Shown here in pieces: positions 25,202 to 34,809 of a stretch of 39,999 nucleotides of DNA. The notes under the pieces are model-generated. The model saw only the letters and a list, made by a program, of their open reading frames with translations. It was not told where the DNA came from and did not search any database. The DNA comes from a virus (taxonomy: Duplodnaviria; Caudoviricetes), in IMG/VR virus record IMGVR_UViG_3300037423_000619, positions 1-39,999 of that record; one strand, given 5' to 3'. Made by a program: the position numbers and the translations under genes. The first letter of the stretch is position 1, and each line of letters starts with the position of its first letter.

Positions 25202-26124
25202 TGGAATAGTCCTTCGATGAAGCTGACGACGTGATGCCACCAGCCTGCGACGGCCATGGCGGTAAGAGCGAGTGCGGCGACGACGCTGGCGACGATGCCG
25301 GAGCCCGTAGCGGGCGGTGTTGGGGTGATGACGGGAGGCGCCGGAATCGGCTCGGATGCCGCAGGAATGCTCGGTTTCTGGTCGATGACGGGTGGCGCCG
25401 GCTGAGGCGGTTGCGCCTGGATTGACGGCGCGGGCTGAGCGGGCTGGATTGGCAGCGGGTTCACCGGCTGCGGTGTGTTGCTGAGCTTCGGAAATTCGAT
25501 CTTCGATCCATCGTCCGGCCAGATCTTCGCAGCCTTGGCGAGCCAGGTCCTTTGATCGGCGAGGCCGTTAGTGCCGCCGTTCACCGCCTTACAAACGCCG
25601 GTCACGTCGTTCTTGTCAGCCAGGGCATTGATGTTGCGCTTCGTCCAGAAGATGGTTGCAGCCTCAAGCGCGCCCGGGAAGGTGCGCAGCAACTCAGGCT
25701 GGTCGACGACGGGCAGGCCGGTCGCGTCCTCGACGAGCTCGAAATTCTCCCGGCCGGTGTTCTGCAGCAGCCCCGAACCGCGATAGGTCCAGCCGTCATT
25801 CGGCTTGAAGTTGCCGAGCCGCCCGCCATAGACCCTGTTCGCCAGCTTCTGCGGGTTCCTGGCGAAGGGAGTAGCCGCGGCGATGGTCGGGAAGCGGTTC
25901 GGCCAGACCTGTGTCAGCCGTTGCGCGGTGTAGCTCAGATCCTCCTCGAGACTGCGAAGGCCGCCCGTCTCTACGCAGACGCGCGCCAGGAAATGGCGAA
26001 GCCGGATCGGGGTGTTGATGCCGGCCTCGTCGAGCAGGCGCGAGTTGTCGGCAATTCCTTGGACTATGGCCTTCGATGCCGTGGGGGATAGCCGCAGCAA
26101 GTCGGCCGCAAACGTTGCGGTCAT
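25198..26124 (-). CDS. Endolysin, glycoside hydrolase family 19, with Pro-rich linker and C-terminal TM
   Basis: HFLA...ETGG...EE.L.Y, ANRVYGGRLGN, DGWTYRGSGLLQNTGRENF, VNGGTNGL.DR-like motifs. Confidence 0.9.
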   Translation of the reverse strand: MTATFAADLLRLSPTASKAIVQGIADNSRLLDEAGINTPIRLRHFLARVCVETGGLRSLEEDLSYTAQRLTQVWPNRFPTIAAATPFARNPQKLANRVYGGRLGNFKPNDGWTYRGSGLLQNTGRENFELVEDATGLPVVDQPELLRTFPGALEAATIFWTKRNINALADKNDVTGVCKAVNGGTNGLADQRTWLAKAAKIWPDDGSKIEFPKLSNTPQPVNPLPIQPAQPAPSIQAQPPQPAPPVIDQKPSIPAASEPIPAPPVITPTPPATGSGIVASVVAALALTAMAVAGWWHHVVSFIEGLFQ

Positions 26125-26189
26125 GGTAAGCCTTTGGATTGTGAGGGGACACCGTTGGTTTCGCGACGGTACTGCGCTATCGAAGTGGA

Positions 26190-26774
26190 ATGGCAATGTT
26201 CAGAGAATTACGGACCAAGCTGGGCCTAAGAAAGCCGTACCCGGGCAGACACGTTACTGTGGGACGTAAAACCTATGGCGTTGATGTCGCCAATGTGTTT
26301 CAAGCGACGGCTGAAGCGCCTGTTGTGATCGGCGCTTATTGCTCCATCGCTGCTGGTGTCTTGTTTATCGCTGCCGGTGAGCACCCCATGTCGCTGGTTT
26401 CGACCTATCCTTTCGCCGGAGCTGATCGAGATCTGACCAAAGGGCCGATCACCGTTGGCAACGATGTTTGGATTGGCTCCCGCGCCATTGTGCTTTCCGG
26501 CGTCACAATAGGCCACGGAGCAGTTGTCGGCGCCGGGTCTGTTGTCACCAAGGACGTGCCGCCCTACGGAATTGTCGCTGGCAATCCGGCTAAGCTGATC
26601 CGGTATCGGTTCGAGCCGGAAACTATAGCCGCTCTGCTTGGCATTCGTTGGTGGGATTGGCCTGATCGCCAGATCGAAGCCGCAATGCCGGACTTTCACA
26701 AATCGGTGGCGGACTTCATCTCGAAATATGGCCAAGTCGCTCTCGCTAGGAGCACCGCCGCGCAGAGTGCCTGA
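26190..26774 (+). CDS. CatB/Vat-related hexapeptide-repeat O-acetyltransferase (moron)
   Basis: IGAYCSIA.GV, H....VSTYPF, VGNDVWIG...LSGVTIGHGAVVGAGSVVTKDVPPYGIVAGNPAKLIRYRF, WWDW. Confidence 0.9.
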   Translation: MAMFRELRTKLGLRKPYPGRHVTVGRKTYGVDVANVFQATAEAPVVIGAYCSIAAGVLFIAAGEHPMSLVSTYPFAGADRDLTKGPITVGNDVWIGSRAIVLSGVTIGHGAVVGAGSVVTKDVPPYGIVAGNPAKLIRYRFEPETIAALLGIRWWDWPDRQIEAAMPDFHKSVADFISKYGQVALARSTAAQSA

Positions 26775-26781
26775 GCGGTTT

Positions 26782-27867
26782 TTATGCCCATGCCCTTATG
26801 ATGAGTTTCCAAGTCGAGGCGGGGTTCGATTTGTAATTGTACCCGCCAGTGGCAGATACCATTACGAGGCCGTTCGAGCCCATAGAGACGGTGATATTAG
26901 TCGCGTCAGGGCGCAGGTTGACGCCTCGACCATCGGCGGCGTCGGAAGCCCAAGTGGCGAGAAGTACTTCATCATTTTGGGCGTAGCCGCCATCCCCCGC
27001 AACAGCAATGCAAACTGCATAGGCGTGATACATTTTTGGCTGGACACCTAGCCCATGTGCCAAGGTCAGGGTTCCACCGTTGGTCCAAGTCTGCTGCGCG
27101 CTCTCGTAAGCCTTGATGAACGGGACGGTCGCCCACTGTGGCGCGGTCGCGCCAGCGTTCATTTGCAGCACCTGACCTGCGGTGCCTTTCGGTAGCCGCG
27201 CTAGGGCTTTAGCGCTGGTCGCGTAGAAGACATCGCCAACAGCGACAGAGGCGGGCAGCGGAACGAAAATCTGCTGCGCTGCGCCGTCACCGATGACAAG
27301 CACATTGTCATCCGTATCCCACTGGATTTCGCCTTCTGCCGTCGGTGTCGGCGCGGCGCTCTGCTTCAAGATAAGCGTTTGTGACACTGCCTGTCCGTTG
27401 GCGCGCTGATAGGACATGCAGCGCCAATTGCCACCACCCAGCGACCGGAACCGCGCCACGTCGCCGGCCGCCGTCTGGATATTTGCCGCACCGGGCAAGA
27501 TGAGCGTTGTGGCATTGTGGGTAAGCGTCAGAGAGCCGGCAAAAATCAGCTCGCGCAACGCGCCGGCCGCTACAGAGCCCAACCCGGTAATGGTAGTGGT
27601 GCCAGTGACGTTGATCTGCGTGCCTGTTGCCGCCGCAAGGTTCAGCGTCGCGGCCGATGCCATGTCGGTGCTGGCCTTGCTGAGATTGTCGCTGCCACCG
27701 ACAGCAGTGGCCGAGCCCGTACCGCCGGCAACCACAGGCCGTGCGGTGTTGAGATCCTGCTCAACGTCGGCAGTAAAAGCGTTCCAGTCGGCGCTTTCGA
27801 TGGTCGTGTTAGGCGATGCGTCGATGCCAGCAGGCTTCGAATACACGCCGCTTCCGTCGCGGGGCAT
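26782..27867 (-). CDS. Tail fibre / receptor-binding protein
   Basis: MPRDGSGVY..P.G anchor-like N-terminus, RLPKGTAGQVL and LAHGLGVQP fibre motifs; last structural gene. Confidence 0.75.
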   Translation of the reverse strand: MPRDGSGVYSKPAGIDASPNTTIESADWNAFTADVEQDLNTARPVVAGGTGSATAVGGSDNLSKASTDMASAATLNLAAATGTQINVTGTTTITGLGSVAAGALRELIFAGSLTLTHNATTLILPGAANIQTAAGDVARFRSLGGGNWRCMSYQRANGQAVSQTLILKQSAAPTPTAEGEIQWDTDDNVLVIGDGAAQQIFVPLPASVAVGDVFYATSAKALARLPKGTAGQVLQMNAGATAPQWATVPFIKAYESAQQTWTNGGTLTLAHGLGVQPKMYHAYAVCIAVAGDGGYAQNDEVLLATWASDAADGRGVNLRPDATNITVSMGSNGLVMVSATGGYNYKSNPASTWKLIIRAWA

Positions 27868-27926
27868 TAGGCATACTCCGATGATCTTGTTTCAGGAGGC
27901 GCGGAAATCCGCTATTGAGGCCAGCC

Positions 27927-28361
27927 ATGGGCTGGGTGAGACGTCTCTTTTCGCGAAGGAGGCCGGTGCCGACTGCGGAAGTCGGCATCCCGGATGCGAT
28001 CTATCACGAGGCAACCGAGGCTCATCAGGAGAAAGAGGCCTGGCTAAAAAAGGTCCGCGCTCAGGATTTGGAGCGCCAACGGGATTATGATTTCAACATT
28101 CGCATGGCGTCCGCGATGAAGCGGTATTGGGCTTTCCGCAGCCAGGATGAGAACGACAGCGAGGAACTGGACGATCTTGATTTGCGGGTGATCCGGTTGC
28201 CGCCGCGGCTTCTGCCATCAAACTTCTATGGCGTGCACTTCAAGGACACCGACGAATATGGCGTCTGCGAGTCGTACCGATTTGACAACGGAAGTTTCGG
28301 TCACAGCTACCGAAGGGTTGCGGACGATACCTTCGAGGCTGACCGCTACGAGCGCCTCTGA
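27927..28361 (+). CDS. Hypothetical protein (moron)
   Basis: Opposite strand within the tail operon; GAGG RBS. Confidence 0.7.
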   Translation: MGWVRRLFSRRRPVPTAEVGIPDAIYHEATEAHQEKEAWLKKVRAQDLERQRDYDFNIRMASAMKRYWAFRSQDENDSEELDDLDLRVIRLPPRLLPSNFYGVHFKDTDEYGVCESYRFDNGSFGHSYRRVADDTFEADRYERL

Positions 28362-28401
28362 GCCATAGCTTTCCATTTTCTGCGCGCCTATATTCTGCGC
28401 C

Positions 28402-28620
28402 ATGCAGATCGAGCACGACCCGAACGAACGCAGGCCTACGAACGCTATCTGGTGGGCACTGCTGGCCGTCGTGGCGCTCCAATGGGCCTGGTATTTCTAC
28501 TTTTTCAAACCCGACTGGATCGCCGTCGGGATGGGCGCTTTCACTGCCGGCGTCCTGATCAGCTGGGTTGTCGACATCACCGGCAATAGATGGCCGTTCT
28601 CAGGGACCGGTCAGCGCTGA
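28402..28620 (+). CDS. Small 2-TM membrane protein (moron)
   Basis: Trp/Phe-rich hydrophobic segments; CTATAT just upstream. Confidence 0.7.
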   Translation: MQIEHDPNERRPTNAIWWALLAVVALQWAWYFYFFKPDWIAVGMGAFTAGVLISWVVDITGNRWPFSGTGQR

Positions 28621-30732
28621 AGTCTGCCGGGACGACAAGGCATTGATGATCGAGGCCAAAGCCGCCCGATTTCCGCTCTTCGTCGCATTGCGGGTAGCAC
28701 CAGCAGTCAAGGCCTGAACAGCCGCGGCCGGGTCGGTGAGCATCAGGGTATTGCCGACCCGCGATAGAACGCTCGGCGGCAGGCCCCGGGCCTCGTTCAG
28801 TGTGCGCCCGAGCGCGCCAAGGGCCGCCCCGGCGAAGTCACCCCGGAACAGACGCGCCAACACGGTCGGGTCGAACTGCGCCATGCCAGCAGCGTCAGCC
28901 AGGTTGTCAGCAGTCCGCGAGCCGCCGATCGCCGCGTTGCGGGTTTCGAACATGGTCTTTTCGCGGCCAAGCTGATTCCACAGGCGCGGCCCACGACCGG
29001 GGGCCGTCACAACCGGGAACTCCATGCCGGTGGCGTCGGAAATCAGCGGCCGGGACTTGTCCACACCGACGGCGGCCGATTGCGTCTGTTCGATCAGAGG
29101 ATCTGCGTAGCCGACACGGAAAGCGGCTTGCTCTTCCGGCGTCATGGCGTTGTAAACGGACACCGTGTCCGGTGCCCGACCGCGCATCGCCGCTGATTTG
29201 CCGGCACCCACTGCCTCGATACGCCGGGAAGCCGCCGCAAAGGCGTCTCGAGCCCGGGCATACGGCGCTGAGGCGTTCGCAAGGGTGTTGTCCAGGATGC
29301 GCTGCACGTTGCTGAGGTAGTGTGCCCGATTACCGGCACCCTGGCTCTCTGCGCGGGTGATCATGTCATCAAGATCGAGCTTCGCGCGGAAAACTGCGTT
29401 GAAATCCGTCAGGTTCGACCGGCCATCGGTCAGCATCGACCGGACCCGCGCCAGCGCTCCCTCGATGCTGTCATGCGCGATCTGGTTATTCGGCCGAGCG
29501 ATGGAATGCACGCCGGGCTGAAGAACGTCGTCGATCGCCTGGACGGCCGGAGAGACATCGACCGGGGTGGCCTGCTGGCGCGCCTGACCATAGAGCGCGT
29601 TCGCTTCGGCAGCGCGGGCGTTTTCGAGCGTCGCCGTGCGCTGCGCTGCCGTGTCGGGCGCGTCGAAGGCTTCCGTGAGCGCGTTGGTGATGCGCCGGCC
29701 CTGACCGGCCTGCCTGTTGTTCAGCGCCTCGATAACGGCCTGGCGTGCCTCGTTCGGGTTGCGCGCGACCGTGGAAAGGGCACGCTGCCCGGTCAGGCCA
29801 AGAGCATCCGCCACGTTGTAAACAGGCTGGTTGTCGGCCTGAGCCGCTGCCAGGCGGTTGCCGATCTCTTGCGGCGTCGTGCCGGCCTTTTCGAGCGCGT
29901 CGCCGATCGCCGCCGACGCATACTTGCCGGGCTGAAAACGGGCCATGATCGAGGAGACGACGGGGCTGGCGAGCGCCTGCGCACCGGCTATAGCGTACGG
30001 GACAGCGCCGCCTGTAAGGCCGCCGACAAGCGAACCGACGCCGCCCTTATAGAGGCGGTCTTGCACGTCTGTGCCGCTTCCCAGCCCGTAGACGCCACCC
30101 ATCAGCGAGCCGTCGAGTGCGGAACCGGCCGCAAGCCTGCTCAAGCCTTTGCCGGCCATCCGCGCGCCGACGGAAAGGCCATTCTTTGCCAAAGCCAAGC
30201 CGCTACCCACACCGCCCACGCCCATGCCCGCGATATAGGACTTCGGGTTCATGTCGTAGGCTTTTTGCTGGTCGCCGCGGATGTCCTGAACGATTTCGGA
30301 ATATGGCGTCTTGCCGCCGCGTGCCCGGTCCAGGGCATAGCCGAGACCAGCAGCGGCCTCGTCTGCAAAACCCATGCTCGCCATATCGGTCAGGCCCATC
30401 AAGGCCGATCCGGTCTTGCTGAAGCCGTTCACCTCGCCGGTTTTCGGGTCGTAGCCTTTCATGCCCGGGTTGAACGCTGGCACCCTCGCCGGCTGGCCCG
30501 TGACAGGATCGATGCCGGCGTGTGCCGCCTTGGCGTCCGGGGAGAGGCTTTCGAGTTCCTGCGCCTTGGCAATGCCAGCACGAGCTCGTGCGGCAGCATC
30601 ATCGGCGGGAGGCGTCAGGGCCGGCAGAGACTTCGAAATCTCGTCGACCGCCGCATTCTGCTGGTCCGGCGACATCGACAGAAAACTGTCGTCAACCGTG
30701 ACCTTATGGCCCTGAATGTTGAGCGTAGGCAT
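28600..30732 (-). CDS. Putative internal virion / DNA ejection protein
   Basis: 710 aa, Ala/Gly-rich helical, podoviral ejection-protein position. Confidence 0.75.
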   Translation of the reverse strand: MPTLNIQGHKVTVDDSFLSMSPDQQNAAVDEISKSLPALTPPADDAAARARAGIAKAQELESLSPDAKAAHAGIDPVTGQPARVPAFNPGMKGYDPKTGEVNGFSKTGSALMGLTDMASMGFADEAAAGLGYALDRARGGKTPYSEIVQDIRGDQQKAYDMNPKSYIAGMGVGGVGSGLALAKNGLSVGARMAGKGLSRLAAGSALDGSLMGGVYGLGSGTDVQDRLYKGGVGSLVGGLTGGAVPYAIAGAQALASPVVSSIMARFQPGKYASAAIGDALEKAGTTPQEIGNRLAAAQADNQPVYNVADALGLTGQRALSTVARNPNEARQAVIEALNNRQAGQGRRITNALTEAFDAPDTAAQRTATLENARAAEANALYGQARQQATPVDVSPAVQAIDDVLQPGVHSIARPNNQIAHDSIEGALARVRSMLTDGRSNLTDFNAVFRAKLDLDDMITRAESQGAGNRAHYLSNVQRILDNTLANASAPYARARDAFAAASRRIEAVGAGKSAAMRGRAPDTVSVYNAMTPEEQAAFRVGYADPLIEQTQSAAVGVDKSRPLISDATGMEFPVVTAPGRGPRLWNQLGREKTMFETRNAAIGGSRTADNLADAAGMAQFDPTVLARLFRGDFAGAALGALGRTLNEARGLPPSVLSRVGNTLMLTDPAAAVQALTAGATRNATKSGNRAALASIINALSSRQTSALTGP

Positions 30733-33317
30733 TACGGTTCAATGCTCCACTTCAGGCCGCCGCTGGTGGTGCGAGAGCCATCCTGCGACTGCGGCTGACC
30801 AGCGCCAGCCTCCGGCACGCCAGCCTGCTTGCGAGCACGAGCCAGGCCAGTGCGAATGACGCCTTCGAAATCGTCGATCGCGCGCAGATATTCCTCGTCG
30901 CTGATCCGCTGGTTGCCGAGACGCGACAGTGCCTGCTCTGCCTTCGCGCCTTCCGCTTCGCTGATCTGGCCAGCGCCCTTGAGCGTCTGGTAGGCCTGCA
31001 AGAAGGCTTGGCCTTTCGTCTCGTTGACGAGCGACTGGAAATCGACCTGATCGGCAGTGCGCGACGGCAGCATGCCTTCGATGAAACCAGTCGAACCGGC
31101 GCGGCCGGGATGCGTCTTCATCCGGTCAAGGATGCCCGTCATCATCGCCGCATTGTCCTCTATGCGCGGCAGATCGAACTGAGCGGCGCCCTGCGACTTG
31201 CCGATCTCCTTCTGCGCGGCTTCGCCGGAAACGTCCTTCGGAACGTCGCCGATGATCGCGCCAGCGCGGTCCCGGATGCCGAACGAAGTGCCGAGGTCCA
31301 GTTGGCCAACACCGGGCGGCACAAGGTCGATGCCATCGGGCGCGGCGGCCGGGGCAAGACCGCCAGCGTTGTTGAGCTGGAACAGCACCCACTTGCCGTT
31401 CTTGTCCTTGCCCCACACCGGATTGTTGCCGAACTTGTCGCGGGCGTTCGGGTCGTTGCGCTTGGCGATTTCGGATTCGATGTTCTTGATCTGCGCGCGC
31501 TTGTATTCGGTATCAAGAGCGGCGTCGGGATCGATCTTCTGCTTGATCAGCGCGCCGAGAATGGCCTTCTGCGTGTCGTTCATGTAGGGCGCGGAATTCG
31601 CCGCCTGCATCAGCGTCTGGACGCTCGGGCCACCGTTCTGATCCCACTGAATCGCCCCAGCGTCGCCGCCAGCCATCACCGGCAGATTGTCCTGCATAGC
31701 CTGCACGATGCGCTGCTGTGCCGGCGCGGCGGGCACGGGGATTGCAGATGGCGCGGCGTCAGGGACAGCGCCAGCGGAGGGCTGTAGGCTCGCCACAGGG
31801 CCGCCCATGGGCTGCTTGCTCATCATCGCGGCAAGAACGCGCTGTCCGGCCGGCGTAGTGGCACCGGGCGCGCCGGGCGCGTAGCCGGTAACGCCCGCCG
31901 ACGGATCGAGACTGGCCACCTGCACGCCGCCGCCGTCACCAGGACGGGGCGTCGGGATCGGAGCGTTGTCGAGCGGGGTCTGCCCGACCATGCCGAAGTG
32001 CGGGACGTCCTTGAAGCGCGACCAGTCGGCGCCCGGATCGAGGTCGACGCCCTTTTCCTTTGCGGCCTGTTTCATGGCCTGCACGATCTGTGCCTGCTTC
32101 TGCGGGTCGAACACGACCTGACCATTTGCATCCACCGGCCACAGGTCCACGGCACCGCCGCCGAGATGGTCGGAATCGTTCGTCTTCGACCAGCCCCAAT
32201 CGACCGCCTTCTGCTGCATGCCGGCATCGCGCCGGCCGGAGCCGATGACGAAGTTCGTTCCGGCGATCTGCTTGGCGCGATCGACCACGCCGGCCAAGGC
32301 CGGGTCTATCGCGGCTTCGTTTGCGGCCTCGTTCGCCACAGGGTTCGAATTCCACTGGCGGAACTTCGCGCGCTGATCCTCACCGCGGGTGTCCGTGGCG
32401 GGAATGCGGCCATAAGGATCGATCGACGACACGCCGGCAGAGGGATCGAGCGACGCGACCTGTACGGGCTTGGGCTGCGTCGTCTGCTGCGCAACCGCGG
32501 TAGCCTGTGCCGGCGTAGCGCCAGCGCCTAGCGCGCGCTGATAGGTGGCCACGAAGCGATTAACATTCGTGCCCTGCTCGATGCCACCCGGAAGGCTCGT
32601 CCAGATGCCGCTCAACGCCGACCCGACACCTGCAATGGCTTGCGGATCGCCTGACTGCAGCACGGTCGCCAGGTCCTGCCCGGTCTTGGCCTTGTAGGTC
32701 TCTGCGGCGAGGTTCCAAGCCGCCTTGTCCTGGTTGACCGGCTGGAAGTCGGGAAGGCCGAGCTTCTTGGCCTGATCGTCCCAGGTCGGGCCGAGGAACT
32801 GATACTTGCCCGCTGCGCTCGACGTGCGGCCGGCGTTCGGCCCGGTCTGGATTCGCACCGGCTGGTTAGGATGATGCGAGAAGTCGTCGAACGTGCCGCC
32901 ACCATAGATGACGTTGTATTTGCCACCGCTTTCCGGCCCGGCGATGGTGTTCAGCAGCGCCTTCTGATAGGGCGCGGCGTCCGTCCATGCCAGCTGGTCG
33001 CCGTGATAATCCGCCCCGCCAGACGAGGCGGCGGCCGACGAGGATCCAGGCGCGGGCGGGAAAGCGCTCTTGCCGGCCATTGCACCCGCGATGTTGCCGA
33101 AAGCGGCGTCGCCAGCAGCCTTCGCCGCGGCTTCCTTCTTGGCGAGCGCCGCATAGCCGAGACGCGCCGACAGGGCTTGGCCAATCGATGCGATACCCTC
33201 GCCGAGCGTCTGCGGCACGCCCTGCGAATTCTGCAGCATCGCGTCGAGAATGGCGCGCTGCCGGGCTAGCGTTTCGGGCGTCTCGCCCTTGGACGGATCG
33301 AAGATGAAGGAAGCCAT
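30732..33317 (-). CDS. Putative ejection protein with lambda-lysozyme-like and M15 peptidase domains
   Basis: ALLNTIAGPES..YNVIYGG..HP..SSAAGKYQF..TW; R...Q..SDHLGGGAVD..GADW.RFKDVPHF. Confidence 0.85.
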   Translation of the reverse strand: MASFIFDPSKGETPETLARQRAILDAMLQNSQGVPQTLGEGIASIGQALSARLGYAALAKKEAAAKAAGDAAFGNIAGAMAGKSAFPPAPGSSSAAASSGGADYHGDQLAWTDAAPYQKALLNTIAGPESGGKYNVIYGGGTFDDFSHHPNQPVRIQTGPNAGRTSSAAGKYQFLGPTWDDQAKKLGLPDFQPVNQDKAAWNLAAETYKAKTGQDLATVLQSGDPQAIAGVGSALSGIWTSLPGGIEQGTNVNRFVATYQRALGAGATPAQATAVAQQTTQPKPVQVASLDPSAGVSSIDPYGRIPATDTRGEDQRAKFRQWNSNPVANEAANEAAIDPALAGVVDRAKQIAGTNFVIGSGRRDAGMQQKAVDWGWSKTNDSDHLGGGAVDLWPVDANGQVVFDPQKQAQIVQAMKQAAKEKGVDLDPGADWSRFKDVPHFGMVGQTPLDNAPIPTPRPGDGGGVQVASLDPSAGVTGYAPGAPGATTPAGQRVLAAMMSKQPMGGPVASLQPSAGAVPDAAPSAIPVPAAPAQQRIVQAMQDNLPVMAGGDAGAIQWDQNGGPSVQTLMQAANSAPYMNDTQKAILGALIKQKIDPDAALDTEYKRAQIKNIESEIAKRNDPNARDKFGNNPVWGKDKNGKWVLFQLNNAGGLAPAAAPDGIDLVPPGVGQLDLGTSFGIRDRAGAIIGDVPKDVSGEAAQKEIGKSQGAAQFDLPRIEDNAAMMTGILDRMKTHPGRAGSTGFIEGMLPSRTADQVDFQSLVNETKGQAFLQAYQTLKGAGQISEAEGAKAEQALSRLGNQRISDEEYLRAIDDFEGVIRTGLARARKQAGVPEAGAGQPQSQDGSRTTSGGLKWSIEP

Positions 33318-34349
33318 TTACGCCGCCTTTCCGAGGCCGAAAGTCGTGCCGAGAGCCTTGGAGTAATCGACCGCTTTGAAGCCGCCGATTTCGACCACGG
33401 CGCCTGGATGCTTGCGCTCGACTTCCTGAGCCATCAGGCCGATCTGCGGCCGGTTGTCGCCCTTGTAGCGATAGGCGTAGAGGTTCTGGCCGTCGTTGGT
33501 CTTGCCAATCTTTTTGACGTCGGTTTTCAGGCGACGGTCAGAGAAGGACAGAGCCGGGTTACCGAGGAACGCAGAACCGAGGCCGAACAGGCCGCCAAGG
33601 ATGCCGCCGGTCGCGGCCTGCTGCTGCTGGAAAGCCTGCAATTTTTGCTGATAGTTTTGGTTGATCAGCCCCGCCACGTCGGTCGTGGGGATCGTCGGCA
33701 TGTTGGTGTTGACGAAATTAGGCTGGCTGACCTGAGAGCCGTTCAACAGTGCCGAGATTTCATTGATCGGCTGGTTGCGCTCAGCCATGATCGACTGCTG
33801 CGCCTGGCCGTAAGCATTGCCATAGAGATTGTCGCGAGCATTGGCGCGCTGGGTGGAGAAGTCGCCGAGCGCCCGGGTGTAGGCATCCGAACCGATGTTG
33901 ATGCCCTTGTTGGCAAGCTGGGTTTCGAGGCTCGACTGGTTCTGATCCCAGGTCTTGTTGAAGTCGTCCATGAAATGCGTGTCGATGTACTTCGACACGT
34001 TGTCGGACGAGAGGTCCACCGGCTTGCCGAGATAGTCGTTCAGGAACGCCGACTGGCTGTTGGCAATCTTACCAAGGTTGAGCTGCGCGGCGTCGGTCTG
34101 ATCCTTGATCGCCTGTCCGGTCGGCGAAAGCGTCTGCGTCGCCGTAAAGGTCGGGATGTCGTAGCTCTTCCCCGTATAGGGGTCGTTCCACTTATAGGTG
34201 CCGGTCTGGCTGTAGCTCAGCGAGCCGTCGGGCGTGTTCTGATTGACGTTGCCCATGAAGGCATTCGCAATCGCGGTGCCCACGTTCGTCGAGGTGGAGG
34301 CCGCCGATGTTTCTTTCGGATCAGGCGGCTTCGGCGCGCTTTTGCCCAT
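33318..34349 (-). CDS. Virion/ejection protein with C-terminal S74-like chaperone domain
   Basis: MGKSAPKPPDP start; SDRRLKTD...IGLMAQEVE..P.AV...VDY. Confidence 0.8.
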   Translation of the reverse strand: MGKSAPKPPDPKETSAASTSTNVGTAIANAFMGNVNQNTPDGSLSYSQTGTYKWNDPYTGKSYDIPTFTATQTLSPTGQAIKDQTDAAQLNLGKIANSQSAFLNDYLGKPVDLSSDNVSKYIDTHFMDDFNKTWDQNQSSLETQLANKGINIGSDAYTRALGDFSTQRANARDNLYGNAYGQAQQSIMAERNQPINEISALLNGSQVSQPNFVNTNMPTIPTTDVAGLINQNYQQKLQAFQQQQAATGGILGGLFGLGSAFLGNPALSFSDRRLKTDVKKIGKTNDGQNLYAYRYKGDNRPQIGLMAQEVERKHPGAVVEIGGFKAVDYSKALGTTFGLGKAA

Positions 34350-34809
34350 CGGCAGGCTCCTTGTTCTCACGGTGGAAGCCATTGGCTCGCCACGCGTCGT
34401 CGTAGAGGATGAAAATCAGGTCATCCTGGTCGCGGCCTCGTAGCCGCCTGATGCGGGTTTCCTCGTAACCGTAGGCCCGCAGGATGCGCTGAATTCGGGT
34501 ATTCTCCGGCGCCACGCGCATCACCAGCGCCTGGCATCCAAGTTGATTGAACACGTAGGAAAACAACTCGAAGAGCACGCGACGAGGGAGCCATCGCGCC
34601 GAACTGGACGCGCCTGAAACTTCGATCACGCCGGCTTCCGGGTCCCAATTGTGGAAGACCGCGACGCCGAGCAATTCCCCATCGTCATCGAAAACTCCAA
34701 GCGACGTGAAGCTGACGAATGGCCGGGCCAGCCCGACCTTGCGCCTGCACCATTCGCCGAGCGCGATGTTCAGATCCGGCTCTGCCGTCGAGCCCCAGAT
34801 GATGTTCAT
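34321..34809 (-). CDS. GNAT-family protein of the tail/head-completion module
   Basis: GVAVFHNW, FSYVFNQLGC, N.R.QRIL..YGY.E; conserved podoviral position. Confidence 0.75.
   Translation of the reverse strand: MNIIWGSTAEPDLNIALGEWCRRKVGLARPFVSFTSLGVFDDDGELLGVAVFHNWDPEAGVIEVSGASSSARWLPRRVLFELFSYVFNQLGCQALVMRVAPENTRIQRILRAYGYEETRIRRLRGRDQDDLIFILYDDAWRANGFHRENKEPADGQKRAEAA

Noticed and set aside
26190-26774. Bona fide catB/vat antibiotic resistance gene
   Set aside because: Family motifs alone do not define the substrate; no integron or transposon context; no gene symbol assigned
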